A stretch of 49,568 bases of DNA, taken from the sequence record DRR723986_5783; one strand, 5' to 3'. Each line of letters starts with the position of its first letter. Position 1 is the first letter of the stretch. Shown here in pieces: positions 32,585 through 41,895 of this stretch. Below the pieces are notes generated by a model that was given only the letters and a program-made list of their open reading frames with translations, ran no database searches and was not told the DNA's origin. The position numbers and the translations under genes are program-made.

Positions 32585-35500
32585 ATGAAACTTCTTAGAT
32601 TTTTTCGCGTGTGGGCAGGGCTTTGCACTCTGGCGTGTATCCCTTTTACTGCTGTTGCTGAGGATGTGGATCTTTTCCTCGGTCTGCCCACAAGTTCGGT
32701 CGATGCCCCCAACGTATTGTTCATTATTGACAATACCGCTAACTGGTCGCAGACGGGGACTGATGGGCGGCCCGCGTGGACATCTGAAGCAGAAGCCCTC
32801 GCGAGAATTTTCCGGGAACTTGAAGAAGATCAGGTCAACGTTGGTTTTATGTTTTACACCGAGACTGGCGGTGCTGATAGCAATACTGACGGTGCCTATG
32901 TTCGGTCGGCCATCCGGTTTATGGACGCTGCGACAAAAGAAAAGTATGCGTTACAGGTTGAAGCCTTTGATATCAATAACGACAAGTCTAATGGCGGCAA
33001 GGCCGGCCTGGCGATGGCCGAGGCCTACCTGTACTTTTCAGGCAATAGCCCCGAGGCGGGCAATGGAAAGGTGAAAACTGACTACCTGAATAATCCGAGC
33101 GGTGTGACGGCGGGTGGTACTAATACTGTCAGCGTGACAGACGGTGACGTGTGTGGTTTTAAGGGTAATGGTGATCCCAAGACCTGTGATGTAACCACGG
33201 TAATTCCAGCTGGACCGACTGCAGATGGGGCGGTTTGGGCCTTAAGTGGGAATGCGCTGAATTCTAAAAATGGATCTCCGTACAATAGCCCTGTTCCGGC
33301 CAACTACTGCGGCAAGAACTACATTATTTATCTCAGCAATGGTGCGGCGCAGGACAATACCAGTGATATCCGTCGCGGTGAGGCGATTCTGTCTTCACTC
33401 GGAGGAGATCCGACCCAGATATCAATTACCCCGAGTGGAAGTGCCAAGAACCCGGCTGATGAATGGTCCCGGTTTATGTCCGCCAGTGACTATGGCATCA
33501 CGACTTTTACTATCGATGTAAATAAGGTCACTACTGGGCAGGGCCCGGGTTGGACTGCGCTGCTTAAGAGCATGGCGGAGGAATCCGGCGGTGTTTACTA
33601 TGAGGCAGATGCGTCGGTCAATGGAATCAGCGACGCCGTAAATGATGCGCTTAGCCGAATTCTGGGTGTGAACTCGGTGTTTGCATCTGCGGCGTTGCCC
33701 GCTAGCGCAAACACCCAGAGTACGTTTATCAACCAGGTTTATATTGGCTTGTTCCGGCCTGATGAAGACGCCAAGCCCCGTTGGTTTGGCAACCTGAAGC
33801 AGTACAAGCTGGGTTTTGATACATCGGCAGCTACACCCACACTGAAAGTGCTCGATGCTGATGATAGCCCGATTATTGATTCAGGCACGGGCTTTATTCG
33901 GGAGTGCGCGCAGAGTTTCTGGACCCCTGGGTCACAGGACTCGTACTGGAGCTACCTGGCAGACAAGGACCAGCGTGGTGATTGTACGGCTCAGCCGGGT
34001 TCTGCTGACTCCAACTTTCCCGATGGACCGATTGTAGAGAAAGGTGGTCAGGCCTATGTCGGACGTGGTGGGTCGAGCTTCGCGTCGGCCGATGCGGTTG
34101 CTGACAGGACGGTGATAACCACTTCCGCAACGCTTTGTGACAGCGATGCCGGCAGTGCCCTGACGACCTGCAGTTTGCCTGATTTTGATACGACGAATGT
34201 TGTCGATTCAGCAGTTGACGCAAACGATCCTACAGACCACGCCAACCTCATCGCCTGGGCCCATGGCGCGGATATTCGGGATGAAGATGGGGATGGAGAT
34301 GTTGACGAATTTCGCCCATCACTACATGGCGACATCATACACTCGCAACCTATAGCGATTGATTACGCCGCAGACCCAAATGATCCTCTGGTTGTCGTGT
34401 TCTATGGTGGAAACGACGGCATGCTGCGAGCAATCAATGGCAACAGAACCGATTCCCATAATGGGACTATCACGGGAACTGGCAAGCCGGCGGGAGGCGA
34501 ATTCTGGGCGTTCATGCCGCCGGATTTCTATGACAACATCAAGCGTAACTACCTGAACAGTGAAATCGTCAAGTTCCCTGCCACGGGGGCCAGTGCAGGC
34601 GCTTCAGGCTCGCAAAAGCCCTACGGGCCTGATGGACCACTCACCGCCTATGATGATGAGGTGTCGACTCGTCAGCTCTACATGGGTATGCGTCGCGGTG
34701 GTCGAACAATCTACGGATTCGATGTGTCGACTATCAGTAGTCCTTCGCTGCTATGGCGGCTGGGCTGTACCGATTCAGTTTGTGCTTCGGGTTGGGAAGA
34801 TATCGGCGAAACCTGGTCGCCGATGGTGCCCTTAACCGTCGATGGGGATGCCAATAGATATTTGATCATGGGCGGCGGCTACGATGACTGTGAAGATGTC
34901 GATGACCCGAACTCACCGACGAAGAATCATGACTGTGGCACTACTGCAAGCCCCAGCACTGATGGCGATAAGATCTACGTCTTCAATGCGACCACGGGCC
35001 AAATAGCACAGACATTTGATACTGATCGAGCGGTGCCCGGCCGGGTTACTGTTGTGCCCGTCAGCGATAGCGATCCCGATATCAAGTTTGCTTATGCCGC
35101 GGATATGGGCGGGAATATTTACCGAATTTCGGGCGCATCGGGCGCGGCAATCGGCAGCACGTCACCGGCAGCGACCGGCGGTTGGGAAATGACCAAGATT
35201 GCCTCGCTGGGATGTGGCACTACATCCACCGCTAGCTGTACCGCTAATCGGAAGTTCCTGTTCGGTCCAGACGTCGTCCGGGTACAAACGACTTTGCCGC
35301 TGGCTGCCGAGTATGTTGTCCTTGTTGGCTCGGGTGATCGAGAGAAACCTCTGGCCGACTACGGTGGCGCTGCTTCGGTGCAGAACTACTTCTTTGGTAT
35401 TTTTGATATGCCCTCGGACTCTTCCAATTGGTTGTCTGCAGAGAATACAACCTGCGGAGCCAATTCTATCTGCCTGGATTCCCTGACCCTGGTAGACCCG

Positions 35501-35905
35501 AATGGGCCTCTGACCGACGGGGCTTCAATTGGGCCCAAAGGTTGGGCGCTGAGAATGCGAGACAACGAGCAGGTGGTCTCCGGGGCGTTAACCGTGTCGG
35601 ATGTGGTGAATTTCTCCACGCACATTCCCGTTCAGCCGGACGCGGCGGCCTGTACCTCTGATCTTGGCACAGCGACAACCTATAATATTGGATTCCAGGA
35701 CGGTACCGGTGACCTTATCCCTATAACTGGCGGTGGCCTGGTGCCGACGCCGGTAGCGGGCAAGGTGATTCTTGACGACGGCCAGGTCGTGCCGTTCTGC
35801 ATCGGCTGCGGCGGTGAAAACTCGGCAATCGGTGGTAGTCAGGTAACCAGTGGTGCGTCCTGGTCACAACCCAAGAGCCGGATGTATTGGAACATCGAAA
35901 AATGA
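32585..35905 (+). CDS. pilY1: PilY1/PilC tip adhesin 2 (degenerate vWA plus beta-propeller)
   Basis: Signal peptide then EDVDLF; DNTAN at the MIDAS position; W.GNLKQY, HGDIIHSQP, NDGMLRA, GMRRGGR..Y.FD, GETWS. Confidence 0.88.
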   Translation: MKLLRFFRVWAGLCTLACIPFTAVAEDVDLFLGLPTSSVDAPNVLFIIDNTANWSQTGTDGRPAWTSEAEALARIFRELEEDQVNVGFMFYTETGGADSNTDGAYVRSAIRFMDAATKEKYALQVEAFDINNDKSNGGKAGLAMAEAYLYFSGNSPEAGNGKVKTDYLNNPSGVTAGGTNTVSVTDGDVCGFKGNGDPKTCDVTTVIPAGPTADGAVWALSGNALNSKNGSPYNSPVPANYCGKNYIIYLSNGAAQDNTSDIRRGEAILSSLGGDPTQISITPSGSAKNPADEWSRFMSASDYGITTFTIDVNKVTTGQGPGWTALLKSMAEESGGVYYEADASVNGISDAVNDALSRILGVNSVFASAALPASANTQSTFINQVYIGLFRPDEDAKPRWFGNLKQYKLGFDTSAATPTLKVLDADDSPIIDSGTGFIRECAQSFWTPGSQDSYWSYLADKDQRGDCTAQPGSADSNFPDGPIVEKGGQAYVGRGGSSFASADAVADRTVITTSATLCDSDAGSALTTCSLPDFDTTNVVDSAVDANDPTDHANLIAWAHGADIRDEDGDGDVDEFRPSLHGDIIHSQPIAIDYAADPNDPLVVVFYGGNDGMLRAINGNRTDSHNGTITGTGKPAGGEFWAFMPPDFYDNIKRNYLNSEIVKFPATGASAGASGSQKPYGPDGPLTAYDDEVSTRQLYMGMRRGGRTIYGFDVSTISSPSLLWRLGCTDSVCASGWEDIGETWSPMVPLTVDGDANRYLIMGGGYDDCEDVDDPNSPTKNHDCGTTASPSTDGDKIYVFNATTGQIAQTFDTDRAVPGRVTVVPVSDSDPDIKFAYAADMGGNIYRISGASGAAIGSTSPAATGGWEMTKIASLGCGTTSTASCTANRKFLFGPDVVRVQTTLPLAAEYVVLVGSGDREKPLADYGGAASVQNYFFGIFDMPSDSSNWLSAENTTCGANSICLDSLTLVDPNGPLTDGASIGPKGWALRMRDNEQVVSGALTVSDVVNFSTHIPVQPDAAACTSDLGTATTYNIGFQDGTGDLIPITGGGLVPTPVAGKVILDDGQVVPFCIGCGGENSAIGGSQVTSGASWSQPKSRMYWNIEK

Positions 35906-36438
35906 CAAAGTGTTGCCGACGCACCCTAAGAGGCCGCCCCACCGCCGGGGCGGCGGGCTTCACGCTCGTAGAGCTTATGATCGTGCTGGCAATCCTGGCG
36001 GTCACTCTTATTATTGCCCTGCCGTCATTTCGCAACGTAACGCTGGCCACGCGTCTCACAAACTATGCGAATGAACTGGTTGCCAGTGTTTATCTTGCGC
36101 GGGGGGAGGCTATCAAACGCAATACTGATGTGCGTCTGTGCGCGTCCAGTGACGGTGTGAACTGTGCTGCCAGCGGCGGCTGGGCGCAGGGCTGGATCGT
36201 TCTGGATCCTAACGACAACGTCTTACAGGAGCAGCCAGCACTGGAGTTAGGCTATTCGCTCGCGGACAGTGGTGGTGCCCATCTGCTGACTTTTGCGTCA
36301 ACGGGATTTACGACACCGGCTTCAAACTTCAAGATTTGTCGGCAGACGCCAACGGCAGGTATTCAGGAGCGGCTAGTGGCGGTAAGCACCCTCGGTCGCA
36401 CCACCGTAAGTAGGACGCAGGTGGGTACCTGTCCCTAG
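35902..36438 (+). CDS. FimU/FimT-family minor pilin (operon 2)
   Basis: G|FTLVELMIV; ARGEAIKRN..V.LC.S.DG; W.QGWIV. Confidence 0.85.
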   Translation: MTKCCRRTLRGRPTAGAAGFTLVELMIVLAILAVTLIIALPSFRNVTLATRLTNYANELVASVYLARGEAIKRNTDVRLCASSDGVNCAASGGWAQGWIVLDPNDNVLQEQPALELGYSLADSGGAHLLTFASTGFTTPASNFKICRQTPTAGIQERLVAVSTLGRTTVSRTQVGTCP

Positions 36439-36474
36439 TGGTCCGGCGGTTCGTTGGCTACTGAGTTCGTGGGT

Positions 36475-36936
36475 TTACTCGCAGTTCAGTTCTATCGTCT
36501 TTTTCGCCGTTGCTCTCTGCGCATCTTTTTCGTCAGGGCTCAGGATGCGATAACTCCCATCCGGATTCTGCACACGGATACGCACGAAATTATCCAGCGC
36601 TTCCAGGTTCTGGCGCGCGTTTTCACACAGTACCGGATCTTTAACAACCTCGGGTGCGCGACCGGGATTGTCCCCAATTGCCATCACGGGTTCATCACGA
36701 CCGGTCGAAGTGCCTGGCTGTCCACTGGACGAGCCTTGCTCTCTCACAAAGTTGCCCGCGACGCCCATCGTGCCTTCGTCATAGGGGATCCCGCTAGTTG
36801 GCGGCCGGTCGCTGATTTGCACCACTCCAGAACTGTCGATCCAGCGGTAGTAGGTGTCCCCGCTGATAGCCTGCGGCATTTGTAGCAGCGCGGCTGAGAG
36901 TAGCGCTACCGGTAGCGCTTTGTGAGCTAGTCTCAT
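36475..36936 (-). CDS. Secreted DUF4124-like protein A
   Basis: Signal peptide; YRWIDSSGVVQISDRPP; C.NAR.NLEAL; terminal C. Confidence 0.75.
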   Translation of the reverse strand: MRLAHKALPVALLSAALLQMPQAISGDTYYRWIDSSGVVQISDRPPTSGIPYDEGTMGVAGNFVREQGSSSGQPGTSTGRDEPVMAIGDNPGRAPEVVKDPVLCENARQNLEALDNFVRIRVQNPDGSYRILSPDEKDAQRATAKKTIELNCE

Positions 36937-36954
36937 GCTTGTCCCCTGTACCAA

Positions 36955-37410
36955 TCAGCGGCAGTGTACGCGAATGGCGTCCCGCGCCTTGGCTTTTTCT
37001 GTTGCCACTTCCTCGCTGGAAAGCGTGCGTTCTTCGCCCTGGTCATTTTTTACCGCGATCTCTGCCCCGGTTTCCAGCGCCTCGAGGTTTTCCCTGGCAC
37101 GCTGGCAATATTCCGGGTTGGCCTTCATCTGCTCCGGCTTCATGTCCACCGGCACGAATTCGTTGCCAACGGTAGGTGTCGTCTCCGGCGGGACGGCGCC
37201 TTCATTGCCGGAGACACGCCGGACCACGGATGAGCCCGTTTCCACAACCTCGTAATCAACCCCTTTCGGCGGTGGCCGATCGCTGTGAACCGGGTGTCCA
37301 CGGTCATCCAGCCAGCGGTAATGGACATTCTGGGCCTGCGCCAGAGCGCAGGCCAGCACGAGCATTGTGCCGAGGACGGGCAGGATCAGTTTGTTGGTCA
37401 ACATGCTCAC
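36955..37410 (-). CDS. Secreted DUF4124-like protein B
   Basis: Signal peptide ending AQA; YRWLDDRGHPVHSDRPP; C.RAR.NLEAL; terminal C. Confidence 0.75.
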   Translation of the reverse strand: MSMLTNKLILPVLGTMLVLACALAQAQNVHYRWLDDRGHPVHSDRPPPKGVDYEVVETGSSVVRRVSGNEGAVPPETTPTVGNEFVPVDMKPEQMKANPEYCQRARENLEALETGAEIAVKNDQGEERTLSSEEVATEKAKARDAIRVHCR

Positions 37411-37515
37411 AAGATGCCCCGAAAATTGTTTAATTTCATTAAAAATATACCAAAATCAGCGATTTAGCCAACACCTACAAATTACCGGTATAAATCCCAC
37501 GCACCCAGAAACAGG

Positions 37516-37544
37516 TTGACAGCGCTGCACATCATTTGAACAAT
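37516..37544 (+). promoter_or_regulatory. Putative sigma70 promoter of ilvIH
   Basis: TTGACA (37516-37521), 17 nt, AACAAT (37539-37544). Confidence 0.55.
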
Positions 37545-37579
37545 AGCGGCGTCTTGTAGATGGCAACGGCTAACGTTGA

Positions 37580-37890
37580 GTACCCTCAGCCTCTGGCCCA
37601 CTGCTTCGATGCGATTATTCGAGTCAGCTGTCTGCACGTCCCGTATTCAGGGCGAGCCGCATTGGCCGCGCTGAGGGCCCGACACTGCGCTACCCCGCAG
37701 GGCGACCGATACACGGGTGTTCGTGATCGCTTTTCCCGCCAGTAGTGTTCCTGGGATCGATCCGGGCAGTGTATCGAGCTTGCATGGGGGTGGCGTCGCC
37801 AGCCGGTTGCCGGGTCAGGTAACCGCACAGCAACGTCCACACGCAAACACAGGCACGCAGCGGCGAGGGTTACGCGTCGCTGCGATTTGC
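37580..37890 (+). ncRNA. Structured cis-regulatory leader of ilvI (ilvB-OMG-motif candidate)
   Basis: Nested helices: 37583-37590/37670-37677, 37688-37696/37787-37795, 37707-37714/37769-37776; hairpin 37856-37885 just before the RBS. Confidence 0.45.
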
Positions 37891-37906
37891 TCTTGGGAGT
37901 ACGACA

Positions 37907-39652
37907 GTGGAGTTGTTATCAGGCGGCGAGATGATCGCCCAGGCGCTGGAAGATGAAGGCGTCGAGTTCATATTTGGCTACCCTGGCGGGGCCGTTCTGC
38001 ACATCTACGATGCCTTGTTCAAGGCGAGTAAGGTGCCCCATATCCTGGTTCGACACGAGCAGGCAGCGACCCATGCGGCGGACGGCTACGCCCGCGCGAC
38101 GGGTAAGCCTGGCGTAGTGCTGGTGACTTCCGGGCCTGGCGCTACCAATGCGGTAACCGGTATTGCGACCGCCTACATGGATTCCATCCCCATGGTCGTG
38201 CTCTCCGGGCAGGTGCAGAGCCACCTCATCGGCGAAGACGCCTTCCAGGAGACCGACATGGTCGGCATCTCCCGGCCGATCGTGAAGCACAGCTTTCAGG
38301 CCCGGCACGCCACCGAGCTGCCGGGAATGATCAAGAAGGCTTTCCATATCGCCGCGTCCGGGCGTCCCGGTCCGGTGGTTATCGACATTCCCAAGGACAT
38401 CACCCGGCCCGATGAGAAGTTCGAGTACAGCTACCCGAGCACGGTGAAGATCCGCTCTTATTCACCGGCCCAGCGTGGCCATACGGGACAGATCAAGAAA
38501 GCGGTCCGACTGCTGCTCAGCGCCAAGCGGCCGGTAATTTACGCCGGTGGCGGTGTGATCCTGGGAGAAGGCAGCGAGCTGCTGACAGAGCTCGCGCGAA
38601 CCCTGAACTACCCGGTAACCAATACCCTGATGGGTCTCGGCGCCTACCCCGGCAGCGATCGCCAGTTCCTCGGTATGCTGGGCATGCACGGCTTCTACGA
38701 GGCCAATATGGCGATGCACCACTCGGACGTCATTCTGGCTGTGGGCGCGCGCTTCGACGACCGGGTAACCAACACGGTCAGCAAGTTCTGCCCCGGGGCC
38801 AAGATCATCCACATCGATGTGGACCCGGCCAGCATTTCCAAAACGGTGGCGGCCGATATCCCCATCGTGGGTCCTGTGCACTCGGTGCTGCAGGACATGA
38901 TTGACCAGGTTGCCCAGTTGCAGGCTAAGGATACCGACCTGCCAGACCAGGCTGCACTCGGGCGCTGGTGGACCCAGATCGACGACTGGCGGGCGAAGCA
39001 CGGCCTGTGGACAGGCAGACGCTACGCCGAGAGCGAGAGCATCATGCCGCAGCAGGTCATCGAAAGCCTGTACCGCGCGACCAACGGCGAGGCCTATGTC
39101 ACCTCGGACGTGGGTCAGCACCAGATGTTTGCCGCCCAGTACTACAAGTTCGACAAGCCGCGGCGCTGGATCAATTCCGGGGGCCTGGGCACCATGGGCT
39201 TCGGCCTGCCCGCCGCAATGGGCGTCAAGCTGGCCTTCCCTGATATGGAGGTGGCCTGTGTTACCGGGGAGGGCAGCATCCAGATGAACATCCAGGAGTT
39301 GTCCACCTGCAAGCAGTACAGTACGCCGGTGAAGATCATCAACCTGCGCAACAACTACCTCGGCATGGTCAAGCAGTGGCAGGACATGCAGTACGAGGGC
39401 CGTTATGCGATGAGTACCTATGAGGACTCCTTACCGGATTTCATCAAGCTGACGGAGTCCTTCGGCCATGTCGGCATGCAGGTGAAGCGGCTTGAAGACC
39501 TGGATGCCGCGATGGATGAGGCCTTTGCACTGAAGGACAGGCTGGTTTTCCTGGATGTCTTTATTGACCCGATGGAGCACGTGTACCCGATGCACGTGGC
39601 GCCCAACGGCTCCATGAAAGACATGTGGCTCAGCAAGAACGAGAGGACCTGA
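37907..39652 (+). CDS. ilvI: Acetolactate synthase large subunit
   Basis: [46 protein letters not shown]. Confidence 0.96.
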   Translation: MELLSGGEMIAQALEDEGVEFIFGYPGGAVLHIYDALFKASKVPHILVRHEQAATHAADGYARATGKPGVVLVTSGPGATNAVTGIATAYMDSIPMVVLSGQVQSHLIGEDAFQETDMVGISRPIVKHSFQARHATELPGMIKKAFHIAASGRPGPVVIDIPKDITRPDEKFEYSYPSTVKIRSYSPAQRGHTGQIKKAVRLLLSAKRPVIYAGGGVILGEGSELLTELARTLNYPVTNTLMGLGAYPGSDRQFLGMLGMHGFYEANMAMHHSDVILAVGARFDDRVTNTVSKFCPGAKIIHIDVDPASISKTVAADIPIVGPVHSVLQDMIDQVAQLQAKDTDLPDQAALGRWWTQIDDWRAKHGLWTGRRYAESESIMPQQVIESLYRATNGEAYVTSDVGQHQMFAAQYYKFDKPRRWINSGGLGTMGFGLPAAMGVKLAFPDMEVACVTGEGSIQMNIQELSTCKQYSTPVKIINLRNNYLGMVKQWQDMQYEGRYAMSTYEDSLPDFIKLTESFGHVGMQVKRLEDLDAAMDEAFALKDRLVFLDVFIDPMEHVYPMHVAPNGSMKDMWLSKNERT

Positions 39653-39653
39653 C

Positions 39654-40145
39654 ATGAGACGTATCATATCGATCCTGTTGGAAAACGAGCCCGGCGCCCT
39701 GTCCCGGGTCGTTGGCCTGTTCTCCCAGCGCGGCTACAACATCGAGACCCTTAACGTAGCCGCCACCGAGGACGTGACCCTGTCGCGTTTGACTCTCACG
39801 ACGGTGGGCGATGACAAGACCATCGAGCAGATCACCAAGCACCTGAACAAGATCGTCGACGTGGTGAAACTGGTGGACCTGACCGAGGGTGCGCATATCG
39901 AGCGCGACCTCATGCTGATCAAGGTTCGCGCCACTGGCGCCCAGCGCGACGAGGTCAAACGCACCACGGATATCTTCCGCGGCCAGATCGTGGATGTGAG
40001 CCCTAATGTGTATACCATCCAGCTGACCGGAACCAGTGACAAGCTGGACTCCTTCGTCGCCGCGATGGGTGAGGCAGATATCCTGGAAGTTGTGCGCTCC
40101 GGGGTTGCCGGAATTGCGCGCGGCGAGAAGGTGTTATCGCTCTAG
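39654..40145 (+). CDS. ilvH: Acetolactate synthase small regulatory subunit
   Basis: ENEPGALSRVVGLFSQRGYNIE ACT domain. Confidence 0.96.
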   Translation: MRRIISILLENEPGALSRVVGLFSQRGYNIETLNVAATEDVTLSRLTLTTVGDDKTIEQITKHLNKIVDVVKLVDLTEGAHIERDLMLIKVRATGAQRDEVKRTTDIFRGQIVDVSPNVYTIQLTGTSDKLDSFVAAMGEADILEVVRSGVAGIARGEKVLSL

Positions 40146-40151
40146 CACACG

Positions 40152-40192
40152 GCTGCAAGGCCCCTGCCATAGCGGGCCTTGCAGCGGGTTGT
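40152..40192. terminator. Hairpin between convergent ilvH and the ATP-grasp gene (probable terminator)
   Basis: GCTGCAAGGCCC (40152-40163) / GGGCCTTGCAGC (40174-40185) perfect 12-bp stem; poor U-tract. Confidence 0.6.
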
Positions 40193-40231
40193 CTTCGAAC
40201 AAGGCGTCTACTGGCGCGGCGGTAGCGCCCA

Positions 40232-41701
40232 CTAGCGCAAGCGGCGCCTTGCCTCCATCCGGCTGAGAAATACGCCCATTACTTCGCTGTACAGGGCCAT
40301 GCCCAGATGGCGATCCTCGATGCGGCTTTCGATGCTGGGGTTGTCGTTCACCTCGATCACGTAGCCCTTGCCATCCCGCTCCTTCACATCCACGCCGTAG
40401 AAGCCGTTGCCGATCGGGCGGGTGGCATCCAGCGCCACCTGGATAATCGCCGGCGGCGCCTGGTCGACGGGCAGGGTGTCGAAGCCCCCTGAATCCGTGC
40501 GGCTGCCGTGCCGGTAAATCTGCCAGTGGCGCTTCACCATGTAGTAGCGGCAGGCATACAGCGGTTTGTTATCGAGGATGCCGATCCGCCAGTCGAAGTC
40601 GGTATACAGGTATTCCTGCGCCAGCAGCAGGGTGGATTCCCGGAACAGGCGCTTGCAGATGGTTGTCAGCTCCTGTTCATTGTTGGCTTTCTCTACCCCG
40701 CGGGAAAAGGACCCGTCCGGTATTTTTATGACCATGGGAAACCCCAGCTCCGCGGGGAGGTTCGCCAACTGCTCGGGTCGGTCCCGGTACAACACCAGGG
40801 TTTTCGGTGAGGCTATGCGTTGTTTGCGGAACAGGTCGGCCAGGTAAATCTTGTTGCTGCAGCGAAGAATCGAGTTGCTGTCATCGATGACCGTCAAGCC
40901 CTCGCTTTCGGCCTTCTTGGCGAAGCGAAAGGTGTAATGGTCGATGCTGGTGGTCGCGCGGATGAACAGACCGTCGAATTCCGCCAGGCGCAGATAGTCT
41001 CGCTGGGTGATCAGTTCACAGTTGATGCCCAATTCTCGGCCGGCGCGGATAAAACGCTTCAGGGCGCCGGTGTCCGACGGCGGCAGGGCCTCCTGCGGAT
41101 CACAGAGGATCGCCAGGTCATAGCGCGCCGGCTTCTTGCCCGGATGGGTGCGCCAGATCTTGCGGCTGAAGGCATCGAGCGCATCGGCGAAGGCGTCCTG
41201 CTCCTCGGGTGTCAGGTCGCGCGGCGAGCGGGGTTTCAGCCGGGTTATTTTCCAGCTTTTTCGGCATTTCAGGCTGATGTCGAGGATGGGGCAGGGGAAC
41301 AGCTCAAACATCTTGCGAGCCAGTTCATCGAAACGCGGGTCCGTTGAATGGCCGAAGAAGGTGCGCAGCACCACGGTCTGGCCCGGGTCAATCTGGTCCA
41401 GCTGGCGATAGAGCGATTCGCTGAGATCCTCAAACTGGATGCTGTACAGGGAGCGCCGGCTGAGGTCGCTCAAGGTGCGCAGGGAGGGAATGACTTTCTG
41501 GCCCCTGGCCTCGGCCAGCAGCGAGCAATAATAGCCCTCGGAGCGGTAGCCATAGCGGCGGCAAAGGTTGATGACCCGGGAGCGGGCATTGGACTGAGCC
41601 TCTCCCCCGGCGATGTAATCAGCAAACCGCAGGCATTGCTCCTCGGTATCCTTCGGTGCGAAGTCCTTGCCGCTGTTTACCACGATCAGGGTCTGTGACA
41701 C
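40232..41701 (-). CDS. RimK-like ATP-grasp amide ligase with N-terminal RLAN domain
   Basis: N-terminal VINLC..Y.Y.SEGYYCSLLAEARG (RLAN signature); ATP-grasp PMVIKIPDGSFSRGV, QEYL..DFDWRIG, YGVDVKE...IEVNDNP. Confidence 0.85.
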   Translation of the reverse strand: MSQTLIVVNSGKDFAPKDTEEQCLRFADYIAGGEAQSNARSRVINLCRRYGYRSEGYYCSLLAEARGQKVIPSLRTLSDLSRRSLYSIQFEDLSESLYRQLDQIDPGQTVVLRTFFGHSTDPRFDELARKMFELFPCPILDISLKCRKSWKITRLKPRSPRDLTPEEQDAFADALDAFSRKIWRTHPGKKPARYDLAILCDPQEALPPSDTGALKRFIRAGRELGINCELITQRDYLRLAEFDGLFIRATTSIDHYTFRFAKKAESEGLTVIDDSNSILRCSNKIYLADLFRKQRIASPKTLVLYRDRPEQLANLPAELGFPMVIKIPDGSFSRGVEKANNEQELTTICKRLFRESTLLLAQEYLYTDFDWRIGILDNKPLYACRYYMVKRHWQIYRHGSRTDSGGFDTLPVDQAPPAIIQVALDATRPIGNGFYGVDVKERDGKGYVIEVNDNPSIESRIEDRHLGMALYSEVMGVFLSRMEARRRLR

Positions 41702-41754
41702 TGAGCTACGTTCCTTGTGTTTGTGCGGGGCGCCATTGCCCCGGAAATCCGCGA

Positions 41755-41783
41755 AGTATTTTGTAAGAAACGCTGGTAGTCAA
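41755..41783 (-). promoter_or_regulatory. Putative sigma70 promoter for the ATP-grasp gene
   Basis: On the minus strand TTGACT, 17 nt, AATACT. Confidence 0.45.
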
Positions 41784-41895
41784 TCGGCGCCGGGACTATA
41801 TTTCGCCCGATGTCCCGGAGTTTCACCGGGAGATGTATTGGCTGGCAAACCCGGTCCGGAACCCGGCTTCTGGACGGATCCACAGGAGTTCCCCG

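Noticed and set aside
37560-37745. 61-aa ORF in the ilvI leader as an attenuator peptide
   Set aside because: Too long, no run of Leu/Ile/Val codons and no clear RBS
41833-41895. ATG 41833 as the start of the GNAT-C39 gene
   Set aside because: GGGAG abuts the ATG with no spacer; TTG 41896 has a well-spaced AGGAG and directly precedes the GNAT domain
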